Shown here piece after piece: positions 29,054 through 39,932 of a stretch of DNA of 64,000 nucleotides. The notes beneath the pieces were generated by a model. The model saw only the letters and a list, made by a program, of their open reading frames with translations, was not told where the DNA came from and made no database searches. The position numbers and the translations under genes are program-made. Position 1 is the first letter of the stretch. Each line of letters starts with the position of its first letter. This DNA is from Chloroflexota bacterium (GTDB taxonomy: Bacteria; Chloroflexota; UBA11872; VXNJ01): the NCBI GenBank assembly GCA_026707405.1, contig JAPOWW010000013.1, positions 3,190-67,189 on the forward strand, read 5' to 3'.

Positions 29054-30147
29054 AACGGAAGCTTCGCGTCGGCGTTCTATTCGGCGGGAGATCGGGCGAG
29101 CACGAGATATCGCTGCTGTCGGCCAAGTCGGTCCTGGCCGCGCTCGACCGCGACAAGTACGACGTAACCGAGATCGGGATAGATCGGGACGGTCGATGGC
29201 TGCTTTCCGAAAACCCGATGAAAGAGCTCTCCGACGACGCGGCGAATCAGGACTCCGAAGAAAGCCTTGTGCAGAGCGAGCGGCATGGGCTCCTCTCGGT
29301 GCGCGGCGACTCGCATCCGGACGCCGTTTCCAAGCTGGACATTGTCTTTCCGGTGCTGCACGGCCCTTACGGGGAAGACGGGACCGTGCAGGGCTTGCTC
29401 GAAATGGCCGGCATTCCCTACGTGGGAGCCGGTGTGCTGGGATCGGCCGTAGGCATGGACAAGGCGGTGATGAAGGCGCTTTTATCGCAGGCGGGCCTGA
29501 ACGTCTCGCCCTACCGTCTAATGCTCGCCATCGACTGGCGTTCCCGACCCCAGGCTGTCGCCGCCCAGATCACCGGCGAGTTCGGCTATCCGGTGTTCGT
29601 AAAGCCGGCAAACCTCGGTTCCAGCGTCGGCATCTCCAAAGTCCATAACGGCTCCGAGTTCGCCCCGGCGATGGACTTGGCGGCCCAGTACGACCGTCGC
29701 ATCCTTGTCGAGCAGGCTGTCGAAGACGCGCGCGAAATCGAATGCTCGGTGCTCGGCAACGACCGGCCCGAGGCTTCGATTTGCGGCGAGATATTCCCCG
29801 CCGGCGAGTTCTACGATTACGAGTCCAAGTACTTCGACGACCGTTCCCGCACGGTCATACCGGCTGACCTGCCCGACGACTTGCACAATCGAATCAGGGC
29901 CATGGCGGTCAAAGTGTTCACCACCCTCGACTTGTCCGGGATGGCCCGCGTGGATTTCCTGCTCCGGCGGGCGGACGAGAAAATCTTCGTCCTGGAGGCC
30001 AATTCCATTCCCGGCTTCACCCAGATAAGCATGTACGCCAAGCTATGGGAAGCGTCCGGGATTCCCTACGCCGAGCTGGTCGACAGGCTTATCGAGCTCG
30101 GACTGGAACGCTTTCGCGAACGCTCCGAATTGCGGATCACGCCGTAG
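29050..30147 (+). CDS. ddl: D-alanine--D-alanine ligase
   Basis: FGGRSGEHEIS, LHGPYGEDG, KPANLGSSVGI, FYDYESKY, NSIPGFT. TTG start overlaps the pyrE stop. Confidence 0.95.
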   Translation: MKRKLRVGVLFGGRSGEHEISLLSAKSVLAALDRDKYDVTEIGIDRDGRWLLSENPMKELSDDAANQDSEESLVQSERHGLLSVRGDSHPDAVSKLDIVFPVLHGPYGEDGTVQGLLEMAGIPYVGAGVLGSAVGMDKAVMKALLSQAGLNVSPYRLMLAIDWRSRPQAVAAQITGEFGYPVFVKPANLGSSVGISKVHNGSEFAPAMDLAAQYDRRILVEQAVEDAREIECSVLGNDRPEASICGEIFPAGEFYDYESKYFDDRSRTVIPADLPDDLHNRIRAMAVKVFTTLDLSGMARVDFLLRRADEKIFVLEANSIPGFTQISMYAKLWEASGIPYAELVDRLIELGLERFRERSELRITP

Positions 30148-30191
30148 CCGCGCACGCGTAGACGCGTAAGCCGGGCTAACCCGGATCTAAC

Positions 30192-31574
30192 CTAACCGGC
30201 TCTAAAGATCCTCGTATCGGGGCGGAATGCTGCCCACGAGAACCAGAAATGGTCCCCGTGGACGACAGGCTCCAGGCGTTTGCCCTCAAGCGGTCCGGCC
30301 ATGGCGAAACCAAGCACGTTCCATTCGCTGCCGGTCTCCTCGTCGACGAAGCGGCCGTCCATCCATTTCAGCGTGACGCGCTTTCCGTCAGCCAGCGGAA
30401 CGAAAACCCCGGTGCCTCCAACGTCCCTTGATTCCACGATAATGCTGCTGTCCATCGCCGATACCGTCCCCGGCGCCCACAAGACCACGATCTCCTTGCC
30501 GCCGACGGTGTCGTAGACGACGCTTTGCTTTTCGAGTTCGAGGTAGGGATAGGCCGCGTCGCTCCCTCCGACGCTGACCGTCACAACCCGCTCAACGGGC
30601 TTCAGGCGCTCGTCCAGCTTTCGGTCAAACAGAAACGGCGTGTCTTCGATGGAGTCGTAGCCGCTGTACGGATTCCTGCCATAGGGCCGGTTGAATCCAG
30701 TGTTCTGGCTCAGCACGGCGCCGGTCGGGAAGGTCGACTTGAAGTCCCCCCAGGAAACGATCGCCGACGGCAGGAACGTAAGCTCGGATCCGGCCATATC
30801 GCCCGCAATCGCGTCGCCGGTAACCTGCTGCCACCACGACTCCGTTTCCTCGTCCCACATGATCAGATTGCTGGCTCGGAGCTTGCCCGTCGTCCCAAAC
30901 GTGAAAATCCGGCCGTCCACTTGCCGCAAGAACGACAACGCGGTGTTGCACAACGGGCAGAAGGTAATCAGCACTGGCTCGCCCCCCACCTCGTCGTTGA
31001 CGATTTCATGCCATGTGAGGACTTGCAGCGGGTAAGCTCTGGCCTCGCCGTTCAGATCGAACGCTATGACCGGCTCCAGGTCGTTGTAGACCCGGTCTCC
31101 CCGCTCAAGCGAAACGAACCGAGGGTCGCGTATCGGCGGAATGCCGTTCCGGGTAACGCCGCCCGATAGGACTTCGTGAAGGTCGATGGTCTTCTTTGAA
31201 AACGCCGTCGTCCATCCTTCGCGGTTCCATTGCTCGGCGAACCCTCGTTCTGCGCTCGAAAGGGGCACCAACTCCACAGCAGACGGCGTCGCCGTAACCT
31301 GAGCGACCGCCTTGGTGGTCGGGCGGGGAGTGGGGTCGGCCTCTGCCTCTTGCGTGGATGTCTTTCCCGGCTCGGGACTGGAAGCTACGGTCACCGTGGG
31401 TTGCGTCTTCGCTGGTTCCGGCGTGGAGGCTTTGGCGGCGCTGGTCGCAGCCTGCGTCGCGGTGCCCTCCACCGCTACTGGTTCGGACGCGGATTGCCCG
31501 TTGCAAGCCGCGATAGCGGACGCCGCCGCGCCCGCCGCCATAGCGAGCGCCCTGCGGCGCGTTATGAATCGCAT
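30192..31574 (-). CDS. DUF3179 domain Tat lipoprotein
   Basis: TRRRAL signal and IAAC lipobox, GIPPI, ARAYP, HEIVND, TFCPLC, FWFSWAAF. Confidence 0.88.
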   Translation of the reverse strand: MRFITRRRALAMAAGAAASAIAACNGQSASEPVAVEGTATQAATSAAKASTPEPAKTQPTVTVASSPEPGKTSTQEAEADPTPRPTTKAVAQVTATPSAVELVPLSSAERGFAEQWNREGWTTAFSKKTIDLHEVLSGGVTRNGIPPIRDPRFVSLERGDRVYNDLEPVIAFDLNGEARAYPLQVLTWHEIVNDEVGGEPVLITFCPLCNTALSFLRQVDGRIFTFGTTGKLRASNLIMWDEETESWWQQVTGDAIAGDMAGSELTFLPSAIVSWGDFKSTFPTGAVLSQNTGFNRPYGRNPYSGYDSIEDTPFLFDRKLDERLKPVERVVTVSVGGSDAAYPYLELEKQSVVYDTVGGKEIVVLWAPGTVSAMDSSIIVESRDVGGTGVFVPLADGKRVTLKWMDGRFVDEETGSEWNVLGFAMAGPLEGKRLEPVVHGDHFWFSWAAFRPDTRIFRAG

Positions 31575-31728
31575 TTCGTCTCAATCATCTTGTAACTCAT
31601 GAAATTGGAAAGGTCGCAAAAAGTCGGACTCCGAAGCCTCAATCAACGATATCCCGATCAGAGCCACAGCCGACCGGGGTTCTCGAACTAATACGGCTCG
31701 GACTTGCCCGCGGTTCTCCCGAAAACCG

Positions 31729-33468
31729 TTAGAGGCCTCGGGCCTCCGCACCGTGGAATACGTCCACGCCGCCGCGCAGGACTCGCTGGTCTTCGTCCCA
31801 CAAGATAGCCGTCGGACTCGCGAAAAGCGCGAACCCCGCCGAAAACGCTTGGGTCAGCAGGCGGATCACGTGGCCCCGTCGTCGCAGGTCCTCGATGATC
31901 TCCGGCGAAAACCTGTCGTCCACCGATATCCAATCGGTGCTGCAATCGACTCTCGGGGCGGCGATAGCCTCCTGAACTCCCATTCCGTGGTCGATTACGT
32001 TTGACACTATCTGCGTTACCGCGTTCGTGATTCTCCGCCCTCCCGACGCTCCGACGGCCAAGTACGGCTCTCCGCCCCGCGTAACTACTGCGGGAGTCAT
32101 GTTGTTGAGGCCCTGCTTGAACGGGGCAATCGAGTTCGGTCGGCCAGGCACTGGATCGAACCACATCATCCCGTTATTCATCACCACGCCGGTGCCTTCG
32201 GGAACGACGCCGGACCCGAAGCCAGCCATGAGCGTATTGGTAAGGGAGACGAAGTTCCCCTGGTCGTCGGCGGCGCAGAGATGCGTGGTGCTGCCCGACG
32301 CCCCGGCGCCCTTGCCCCCGCCCATCGCGCCAATGCCAGCCTGAAAGCGCAATGGATCACCCGGTACGAATTCGGGAGGCGTTACCAGCCCGGCGGCTAT
32401 GGCCTCGGACCGCTCGGCGGCATAGTCCGGCGAAACCAGCCCCTCCCACGGAACGTCCACGAAGTCAGGATCGGCCATGTACTCAAACCGGTCGGCGAAC
32501 GCCAGCTTCGCGGCGCAAATGTACGCATGCAGCCGTTCCGACGACATGTGGCCCATACCCGCGACGTCGAAGCGGTCGTACACGTTCAACGTCTGTACGG
32601 TCGTCGGTCCGGCGCAGGCAAACGGTGGCACGTTTACTGTCACGTCGCGATACGAAGCGGATAACGGCTCCCGGACTCTCGCCTCGTATCGCGCAAAGTC
32701 CTCTAGGGTCAGGATGCCGCCAACACGCTCGATCCCGGTGATGATCTCGCGTCCCACGTCGCCTTTGTAGAAATCGGCCGGCCCAGCGTCGGCCAGGGTT
32801 TGAAGCGTTGCGGCGAGTTGCGGTTGTTTGAACCATCCGGGGTTTACGCCGTCGCCTTTAGGCGTTTGTCCGTTGGGCAGGAAGATGCTCGCGGCCTCTT
32901 CGTTGCCGGCGACGCGCTCGGCGTTCATGGCAAAAACGAACGCGTCATGCCAGTCGATCAGAAATCCATCGCGGGCGAGCGCTATCGCGGGAGCGCAGAC
33001 CTCGGCCCACGACATCGTTCCAAACTCCGCCAGCGCGAGCGACAGCCCGGCCACCGCGCCGGGAACGGCAATCGAGAGCGGACCCATCAAGTTTGCGTCG
33101 CCTTCGACCTCGTCCCAGCCAAAATTACCCACGGCGCCTCGGCCGGTAAGACGGTACATTTCGGCGCTGGCGGAACCGGAGGCCCGCATCGGAAACGCGA
33201 CCGCCTTCACGGCGCCGCCACTCGCAATCGTCATGTAACCGCCGCCGCCATTCCCGCTCATTGCGGGCTCGACCACGCTCACCGCTAGACACGCGGCCAC
33301 CGCCGCGTCTACGGCGTTGCCGCCGGCCTCCAGCATTTCGACGCCCGCCGCGCTGGCCAGAGGATGTTTTGTCGCAAGCATTCCTCTTGCCGCGACGGCT
33401 TCGGTCTTATACGTGCGCCAGACCGAGGATTTGGCAAGGTCTTCCGGCATGGGTTCAGACACGCTCAA
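31729..33468 (-). CDS. ggt: Gamma-glutamyltransferase
   Basis: GGNAVDAAVA, STTHL nucleophile Thr, GASGGRRI. Confidence 0.92.
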   Translation of the reverse strand: MSVSEPMPEDLAKSSVWRTYKTEAVAARGMLATKHPLASAAGVEMLEAGGNAVDAAVAACLAVSVVEPAMSGNGGGGYMTIASGGAVKAVAFPMRASGSASAEMYRLTGRGAVGNFGWDEVEGDANLMGPLSIAVPGAVAGLSLALAEFGTMSWAEVCAPAIALARDGFLIDWHDAFVFAMNAERVAGNEEAASIFLPNGQTPKGDGVNPGWFKQPQLAATLQTLADAGPADFYKGDVGREIITGIERVGGILTLEDFARYEARVREPLSASYRDVTVNVPPFACAGPTTVQTLNVYDRFDVAGMGHMSSERLHAYICAAKLAFADRFEYMADPDFVDVPWEGLVSPDYAAERSEAIAAGLVTPPEFVPGDPLRFQAGIGAMGGGKGAGASGSTTHLCAADDQGNFVSLTNTLMAGFGSGVVPEGTGVVMNNGMMWFDPVPGRPNSIAPFKQGLNNMTPAVVTRGGEPYLAVGASGGRRITNAVTQIVSNVIDHGMGVQEAIAAPRVDCSTDWISVDDRFSPEIIEDLRRRGHVIRLLTQAFSAGFALFASPTAILWDEDQRVLRGGVDVFHGAEARGL

Positions 33469-33896
33469 ACTAGCGGATCATACGAGGCCAGCACGCGGCA
33501 TGGAGCGTGCTGCAACACGTAAGTAGCGGTCGGTCCCAATTCAAGCGCGTCGTCTCCGAGGTGATGGGGGGTGCCGATCACCACCAGATCGGCCTCGATT
33601 TGCCGCGCCAGCTCGACTATCCCCCCACCGGCCGACCGCGCCTGCACAATCTTCGCTTCCGCGCTTTTTCGGCCGCAGGAGAGCTTGAGATACTCTTCCG
33701 CGCTCGCGACGATCTCGTCGCACCGCAGTAGAGCGGAAGCTTCCGACTGATCCAGTCCACGGTCCCAGCCCACTACGATTACGTATAGGAGCGTGAGATC
33801 CTTATGTATTCGCGTCGCTTCCTCGGCGGCCAAGGCCAGCACCTGATGGTCGTTGTGGCCTCCGTTGATCGTCGCCACGACTCCGCCGTTGGGCAT
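33465..33896 (-). CDS. Universal stress protein
   Basis: ADLVVIG..LGPTATYVLQHAPCRV. Confidence 0.88.
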   Translation of the reverse strand: MPNGGVVATINGGHNDHQVLALAAEEATRIHKDLTLLYVIVVGWDRGLDQSEASALLRCDEIVASAEEYLKLSCGRKSAEAKIVQARSAGGGIVELARQIEADLVVIGTPHHLGDDALELGPTATYVLQHAPCRVLASYDPLV

Positions 33897-33968
33897 TTAG
33901 CTCACACGGCTCCCCGCGTCGCATTGCAAGTCCCCGACGCCGCGTTCCCGGGACGACGGTCCCATAGC

Positions 33969-34991
33969 TCAACGCCCTCGAGCCACCGGCGCGGCCTCTA
34001 GCCCGTTGTCGACGGCCGCTTCGCGTATCTCCGCTTCCAGCTTGTCGGCGATATCGACGTTCTCACGCAGGAATCTTCTGGCCGCCTCGCGTCCCTGTCC
34101 GAAGCGGATCTCACCATAAGACAGAAAGGCGCCCCGCTTGGTGAGGATGCCGTTCTGCAAGCCCAGGTCGATCAGTCCGCCTTGGTGCGAAATCCCGCCG
34201 TCGTACATCAGGTCGAACTCGCAGACTTTGAAGGGCGGGGCGACCTTGTTTTTCACGACTCTAACGCGGGTCTTGTTGCCGATGACCTCCGACCCGCGTT
34301 TTAGCTGACCTACGCGGCGGATATCGAGACGTACCGACGAATAGAACTTGAGGGCGCGTCCGCCGGGGGTCGTCTCGGGATTGCCGAACATGACGCCGAT
34401 CTTCTCGCGGAGCTGGTTTAGAAATAGCACAACGCACCGCGACCTGCTGATGCTGCTGGTCAGCTTGCGCAACGCTTGCGACATCAGGCGCGCCTGAAGC
34501 CCTACGTGCGAATCACCCATGTCGCCCTCGATCTCGGCGCGCGGAACGAGCGCCGCCACCGAGTCGATCGCAACCACGTCGACTGCGTCGCTTCGGACCA
34601 GGACCTCGGCGATCTCCAGGGCCTCCTCGCCCATGCCCGGCTGGGAAACGAGCAGTTCGTCGATATTTACGCCGCAGTTGGCGGCATAGGTCGGGTCGAA
34701 GGCATGTTCGGCGTCGATCAGGGCGGTAGTCCCCCCGAGTTTCTGGGCCTGGGCGATGATGTGCTGCGCGAGGGTCGTCTTGCCCGATGACTCCGGTCCG
34801 AATATCTCTATGATCCGGCCCCGTGGCACGCCGCCAACCCCAAGCGCGAGATCGAGAGCTATGGAACCGGTGGGGACTACGTCGACCTCAGGCAGGGAAT
34901 TGGCGTCCATCTTGAGAATCGAGCCTTTGCCGAAACGTTTTTCGATTTGGGCTATTGCCGAATCGATCGCTCTGTCTTTTTGATCGCCCAT
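33969..34991 (-). CDS. recA: Recombinase RecA
   Basis: [33 protein letters not shown]. Confidence 0.99.
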   Translation of the reverse strand: MGDQKDRAIDSAIAQIEKRFGKGSILKMDANSLPEVDVVPTGSIALDLALGVGGVPRGRIIEIFGPESSGKTTLAQHIIAQAQKLGGTTALIDAEHAFDPTYAANCGVNIDELLVSQPGMGEEALEIAEVLVRSDAVDVVAIDSVAALVPRAEIEGDMGDSHVGLQARLMSQALRKLTSSISRSRCVVLFLNQLREKIGVMFGNPETTPGGRALKFYSSVRLDIRRVGQLKRGSEVIGNKTRVRVVKNKVAPPFKVCEFDLMYDGGISHQGGLIDLGLQNGILTKRGAFLSYGEIRFGQGREAARRFLRENVDIADKLEAEIREAAVDNGLEAAPVARGR

Positions 34992-35221
34992 AAACGGCCG
35001 CGCCTTCCCTTAGCGGCGACTCACCCAATCGCGCTCGTCTAAGAATTGTGTGCCAGAAGATAATAGTAGTGTTCACGCGGCGCCGTGTCGCAGAAAGCAC
35101 CGCCGGATCCAAACATTATCACCGCCGCCCAGATCACGAGTGAACGGGAAGAGCGAAAACCGAATCAGGTACGATGCACGGCAACCGATCAATCGCACGT
35201 TAGTTGGACAGGCGCAGTTAA

Positions 35222-36262
35222 ATGACTGATACCACGCAAATGCGAGCAGCGCTCCTATACGGCGTCGGCGACATCCGCGTTGAGGACCGGCCCATCCCGA
35301 CGCCGGGGCCCGAAGACGTCCAGGTCGCAGTGAAATACACGGGCGTCTGCGGGACCGACTTGCACCATTTCGACGGCTGGGATTTCGGCGACGTGATCTC
35401 CAGGCCCACGCCGCCGTCGATCCTGGGCCACGAGTTCTCAGGCATTATCAGCGCCATCGGCGAGTCGGTCACGGGATTCGAGGTGGGCGACCGGGTCAGC
35501 GCGCAACCCCAGGTCTACTGCGGCAACTGCGATTTATGCCGGCGCGGCAGTCCGAATATGTGCCTGAACAAGATCAAGTTGGATCGGGGCGGTTCGTGGG
35601 CCGAGTTCATCGTCGTGAATCAGCGCTCGTTGTTCAAGGTTCCCGATCAGGTCTCGCTGAAGCTCGCCGCTCTCAGCGAGCCCTTGGGTTGCTCGCTCCG
35701 CGCGGTCGACAGGTCCGAAGTAGAACCCGGCGACAACATCTTCATAGCCGGCGGCGGCAGCATCGGCCTCATGATCGCCCGCTTGTGCCGGCAGATGGGG
35801 GCGGCCAAGATCTTCGTCTCCGAACCGCAAGAGGCACGGCGCAGACTCGCCGAACAGCTCGGCGCCGACCGCGGTCTCGATCCGTTCACCGACGACATCC
35901 GCGAGATTCTCTACGCCGAAACCGGCGGCGTCGGACCGGACATCTGCTTCGAGGCGGCGGGAATCCCGCAAACCGCGAGGCAGTGCGTGGACCTGGTCCG
36001 CAGAGGCGGAACTGTCGCAATGATGGGAGTGGCGAATCCGGAAGTGAGCCTGGAGCTGAATCAGTTCGACTTCTTCGCCAAGGAGCTGACCGTGAAAGGC
36101 AGCTTCCTCCTGGTAAACACGTTCCCGCGTTGTCTCGATTTGATGGCCCACCTCGGCCTCGATCCCCTGATCACGCATACGTTCCCGCTTGAGGAAGCGG
36201 AGAAGGCCGTGCTGACCGCCAAGTCAGGCGAAGGCACTAAGGTGATGCTTAAGGCGGGCTGA
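35222..36262 (+). CDS. Zinc-dependent alcohol/polyol dehydrogenase
   Basis: GVCGTDLH, GHEFSG, CGNCDLC..C. Confidence 0.93.
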   Translation: MTDTTQMRAALLYGVGDIRVEDRPIPTPGPEDVQVAVKYTGVCGTDLHHFDGWDFGDVISRPTPPSILGHEFSGIISAIGESVTGFEVGDRVSAQPQVYCGNCDLCRRGSPNMCLNKIKLDRGGSWAEFIVVNQRSLFKVPDQVSLKLAALSEPLGCSLRAVDRSEVEPGDNIFIAGGGSIGLMIARLCRQMGAAKIFVSEPQEARRRLAEQLGADRGLDPFTDDIREILYAETGGVGPDICFEAAGIPQTARQCVDLVRRGGTVAMMGVANPEVSLELNQFDFFAKELTVKGSFLLVNTFPRCLDLMAHLGLDPLITHTFPLEEAEKAVLTAKSGEGTKVMLKAG

Positions 36263-36300
36263 GTCCAAGCCGCGCATCCTGAGCCTCTCGTAGGGGAGCG

Positions 36301-37455
36301 TCAATCAGCGGGTGGATGGGAACAGCTGTATACCCGGTGCGACCGGCTGCGCGCCATCTCGCGTACTTGGCCGAACCATTTCCGCAAGACACCCTCGTGC
36401 GACTGGGCCGAACTCTGAACGACAACGAACTCACCGGTCGACTTGAGCAGCCGGGCGGCTTCGCGGATCAGGCGTCTTGCGGCGTCATGTGAAACGCTGG
36501 GGCCAACGTGAAACGGCGGGTAGCAGCCGATGACGTCGAAGCTCTCGGAGCGCAACTCTTCTCCGAAATAGCTCGGACGTACGCTCACGTTAGTTAGGCC
36601 GTTCAGTTCCGCCGTCCTCGTGCACACTTCGACCGCCGCCACGTTCGAGTCCACGGCCATGATTCGAGATTCAGGCGACATACGCGCCATCGCGGCGGCT
36701 AACAGGCCCGAGCCGCAGCCGAGATCGAGCTGCCGCCCGGTCGATTCGTGCAGGCAGTCGATCAGCATTCGCGTGGCGTCATCGACCCTCCCATCGGCGA
36801 AAACCGCCGGATGCCGCGCAACTCGCAACTCCCATCCATTGACCATCGCGCCATACTCGCCGAATTCGCTCGCAAAAATCGGTCCCTGGGTGAGTTGCCT
36901 CGTTGTCCGTCGCGCCCGGACAACCTTGATTCGACCGGGAACCACGACCCGTTCAAATCCACCGAAAGCGTCGTCGAACAGTCGTGCAAACGTATCGAAT
37001 CCTCGGCTGCGTTCTCCGGCCAGGTACACCTCGCCGCCCTCCTGTAGAGAAAGCAACGCGGCATGGACAAGCGTGCGCACAGCGCGGTTTCCCAACCAGT
37101 ACGGCGCTCGAATGAAGGCCACGTCGAAGCGCTCAGTCTGCGCAGGCTCAATTCCAAAGGCGGGCCGGACTTCGCAACTGGTTCCCTTCAGATTCGCCCG
37201 CGCCGACCTGACCGACCCGATGAGATGCGAGTTACACACTCCGACGGCGTCGTCCGCGCTTGCCGCGACCGCCGCCAGCGAGCCGTCCCAGCCGCACACG
37301 TCTATAAACCGGCCGCGCAGCGGCCCCGCCGCCTCTAACAGTGGACCGATATATCGGTCCAGGCTGCGCCCCGGACAATCGCCCGCCGCCACTACCGAAA
37401 GCCGCGTATTGCGGGAGGCTACGCGCCTTGTTGCGGACTGCCAGAGATCTGCCAC
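36301..37455 (-). CDS. Class I SAM methyltransferase, RsmC/RlmG-like
   Basis: AVFADGRVDDATRML, LDLGCGSG, YPPFH; two-domain layout. Confidence 0.8.
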   Translation of the reverse strand: MADLWQSATRRVASRNTRLSVVAAGDCPGRSLDRYIGPLLEAAGPLRGRFIDVCGWDGSLAAVAASADDAVGVCNSHLIGSVRSARANLKGTSCEVRPAFGIEPAQTERFDVAFIRAPYWLGNRAVRTLVHAALLSLQEGGEVYLAGERSRGFDTFARLFDDAFGGFERVVVPGRIKVVRARRTTRQLTQGPIFASEFGEYGAMVNGWELRVARHPAVFADGRVDDATRMLIDCLHESTGRQLDLGCGSGLLAAAMARMSPESRIMAVDSNVAAVEVCTRTAELNGLTNVSVRPSYFGEELRSESFDVIGCYPPFHVGPSVSHDAARRLIREAARLLKSTGEFVVVQSSAQSHEGVLRKWFGQVREMARSRSHRVYSCSHPPAD

Positions 37456-37529
37456 GGTACGTTCCTCAGAGGGCTATAAGCCGCCGTTACACGTGAATCG
37501 GCCTGAACTGCGCGACGCACGACCGAGTT

Positions 37530-38618
37530 TCAGAGCAGGTCTTGCAGGTCTTCCGCACCTAGCCTCTCGACGAGTCTTCCCACAAGCTCGGACTTGTCCC
37601 GCGTGCACACAAGCAGCGCGTCCGGCGTGTCGATTATCACGACGTCCTCCAGGCCCGCGACCGCGACTAGGCGGTCTCGACTATCGACGAGGCATCCCCG
37701 GCTCTCTTCGAAAACCACCCGCCCTTCCAGGTCCCCCGTCCGGAAGTTGTCGCCTTCGGGTGTCGCCGCCACGTACGCCCCCGACCAGCTTCCAACGTCG
37801 GCCCAGGGGAACTTCCCGGGCACGGTCAATACGTTGTCTGAGCGCTCCAGGATCGCCGTGTCTATCGCAACCGCCTCGGCCTCTTCATACTCCCGTTCGA
37901 TTGTGATCGTCCTGGCATCCGCCCGAATTCGGGCAATCGACCCGGCAATTCGAGGCGCGTGCTCCTCGAAGGCCCGGAATATGGACTCAACATTCCAAGC
38001 GAAGTAGTTGCAGTTCCACAGGTATTCGCCCGAGGCCAGATATGCTTCGGCCGTGGACGCGTCGGGTTTTTCTTCGAAGTCCTCCACGTCGAAGACCTCG
38101 ACACCCGCGAAGCTGCCGACCAGCGCCCCTCGATGTATATAGCCGTATCCCGTGCTCGCCTCTGTGGGATTTACGCCGATAGTCACGAGGTGGTCGCCGC
38201 TGCGAGCGGCGGCGGCGGCGGCGAGCAGGGTTTGCCGGAACGCGTCTTCATCTCCCACGAAATGATCCGACCCAAGGCTGAGCATCACCGCGTCGTCGTC
38301 CCGCGCCGCAATGACTGCGGCGGCAAGACCTATCGCCATCGCCGTGTTCCGACCGTGGGGCTCGCCAATGACATTCTCCGGCTGCAGCTCTGGAAGCTGT
38401 CTGAGAACGGTTTCTCGCTGTTCGCGGAGGCAGATGACAAACGTGCGGTCCGGCGACGTGAGCGGCGCGATGCGGTCGTACGTCCGATGAATCAGGCTCG
38501 CCCCCGGACCTATCTGCAAGAACTGCTTGGGCGACGATCGTCTCGACTTCGGCCAAAGCCTGGTGCCCACGCCCCCGGCGATAATCGAAACGTACAGGTT
38601 TTCGGGCGGCTCGGTCAC
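37530..38618 (-). CDS. Mannose-1-phosphate guanylyltransferase
   Basis: IAGGVGTRLWPKSR..PKQF, EPHGRNTA, FEEKP, WADVGSW. Confidence 0.93.
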   Translation of the reverse strand: MTEPPENLYVSIIAGGVGTRLWPKSRRSSPKQFLQIGPGASLIHRTYDRIAPLTSPDRTFVICLREQRETVLRQLPELQPENVIGEPHGRNTAMAIGLAAAVIAARDDDAVMLSLGSDHFVGDEDAFRQTLLAAAAAARSGDHLVTIGVNPTEASTGYGYIHRGALVGSFAGVEVFDVEDFEEKPDASTAEAYLASGEYLWNCNYFAWNVESIFRAFEEHAPRIAGSIARIRADARTITIEREYEEAEAVAIDTAILERSDNVLTVPGKFPWADVGSWSGAYVAATPEGDNFRTGDLEGRVVFEESRGCLVDSRDRLVAVAGLEDVVIIDTPDALLVCTRDKSELVGRLVERLGAEDLQDLL

Positions 38619-38785
38619 GAACGCGGGTCCATCATGCGATCCCTCAACGGCTAACGACGCGGCGTCTACCTATTCCATCACAACAGCACGGACGCGCGCC
38701 CGCCCACGATACCTACCAAGGCAACGCGCATCGCTTCGGTGTGGGTGGGTATCATTCGCCCTATCTTCTCAATGGAGGTTGGGGC

Positions 38786-39925
38786 TTGTACGACCTTGCG
38801 GTGACGGGTGGAACAGTAGTCGATCCGGCGCAACGTCTCAACGAGCGCATGGACGTTGCGATCACCGGCGGCAGCGTGAGCGAGGTCGCGCCGCGTCTGG
38901 ATGCCGGTCGGGCCGCGCGCGCGATCGACGCGACCGGCATGGTCGTCTGTCCGGGTCTGGTGGACCTTCACGTGCATATCTACGAGGGAGTCAGCCACTA
39001 CGGCATCAACGCCGACGAGCACGTGTTGCGCAGCGGCGTCACCACTGCCGTCGACGCAGGCTCGGCCGGAGCGTCCACTTTCTCCGGCCTCCGGCGCTAC
39101 GTGATCGATGTCTCCGACACGCGCCTTTTCGCCTTCCTCAACATCTCCGGAATGGGCATGATCTCCGAATCGGTCGGAGAGCTCGAGGAGATTCGCTGGG
39201 CCGACCCCGCGGCGGCAATCAAAGTATGCGAAGCGAACCGCGACTTAATCCTCGGCATCAAGATACGCATCTCTCGAAAGCTCGCCGGCCCCAACGTCGC
39301 GCCGGCGCTGCGGAACGCGCGCGAGGCGGCGGATGCCACCGGTCTGCCGGTGATGGTCCATCCCAATGATGCTCAGGACTTCTCGCTGGATGACGTGCTC
39401 GCCTACCTGAAAGCCGGCGACATCGTCACGCACTGCTTTCACGGCATGGCGGGCGGGATACTCACGAGCGATGGGCACGTGCGAGAAAGCGTCCGGCGGG
39501 CCGTCGACAATGGCGTGCTGCTCGACGTGGGACACGGTCAGGGCAGCTTCGACTTCGACGTTGCCGAACGCGCCATGGCCGAGGGCGTGGTTCCTCACAC
39601 CATCAGCAGCGACCTGCACGTTTACAACCTGCACGGCCCAGTATTCGACCTCGCCACGACGGTCAGCAAGTTCCTGCTGCTCGGTCTCGATCTGCCCGAC
39701 GCCCTGCGCCGCTGCACGGCCTCTCCGGCTGAGGTCATGGGTATGAAAGGCCAGATCGGAACTCTGGCGCCCGGAGCCGCGGGCGACCTGACGATCTTAC
39801 GCATCGAAGAGACGCCGTACGCGTTCGTGGATTCCTACGGGAAGGAGCGCCGCGGCGAACTAAGGCTGGTCCCGGCCACGGTTATCAAGGCCGGCAAAGA
39901 GGTCCCGGCGGTCGTCAGAGGTTAG
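38786..39925 (+). CDS. Amidohydrolase/deacetylase family metallohydrolase (dihydroorotase-like)
   Basis: PGLVDLHVH, GVTTAVDAGS, THCFH, DVGHG, ISSDLH. TTG start follows GGAGG. Confidence 0.9.
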   Translation: MYDLAVTGGTVVDPAQRLNERMDVAITGGSVSEVAPRLDAGRAARAIDATGMVVCPGLVDLHVHIYEGVSHYGINADEHVLRSGVTTAVDAGSAGASTFSGLRRYVIDVSDTRLFAFLNISGMGMISESVGELEEIRWADPAAAIKVCEANRDLILGIKIRISRKLAGPNVAPALRNAREAADATGLPVMVHPNDAQDFSLDDVLAYLKAGDIVTHCFHGMAGGILTSDGHVRESVRRAVDNGVLLDVGHGQGSFDFDVAERAMAEGVVPHTISSDLHVYNLHGPVFDLATTVSKFLLLGLDLPDALRRCTASPAEVMGMKGQIGTLAPGAAGDLTILRIEETPYAFVDSYGKERRGELRLVPATVIKAGKEVPAVVRG

Positions 39926-39932
39926 TTTCGGT

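Noticed and set aside
34992-35221. LexA/SOS box upstream of recA
   Set aside because: No convincing GAAC-N4-GTTC or CTGT-N8-ACAG match found.
36481-36515. Two parS-like half sites (..GTGAAACG)
   Set aside because: About five or more mismatches, not palindromic, and inside a coding region.
36620-37906. 428-aa plus-strand ORF
   Set aside because: Ser/Arg-rich antisense shadow of the methyltransferase and guanylyltransferase genes.
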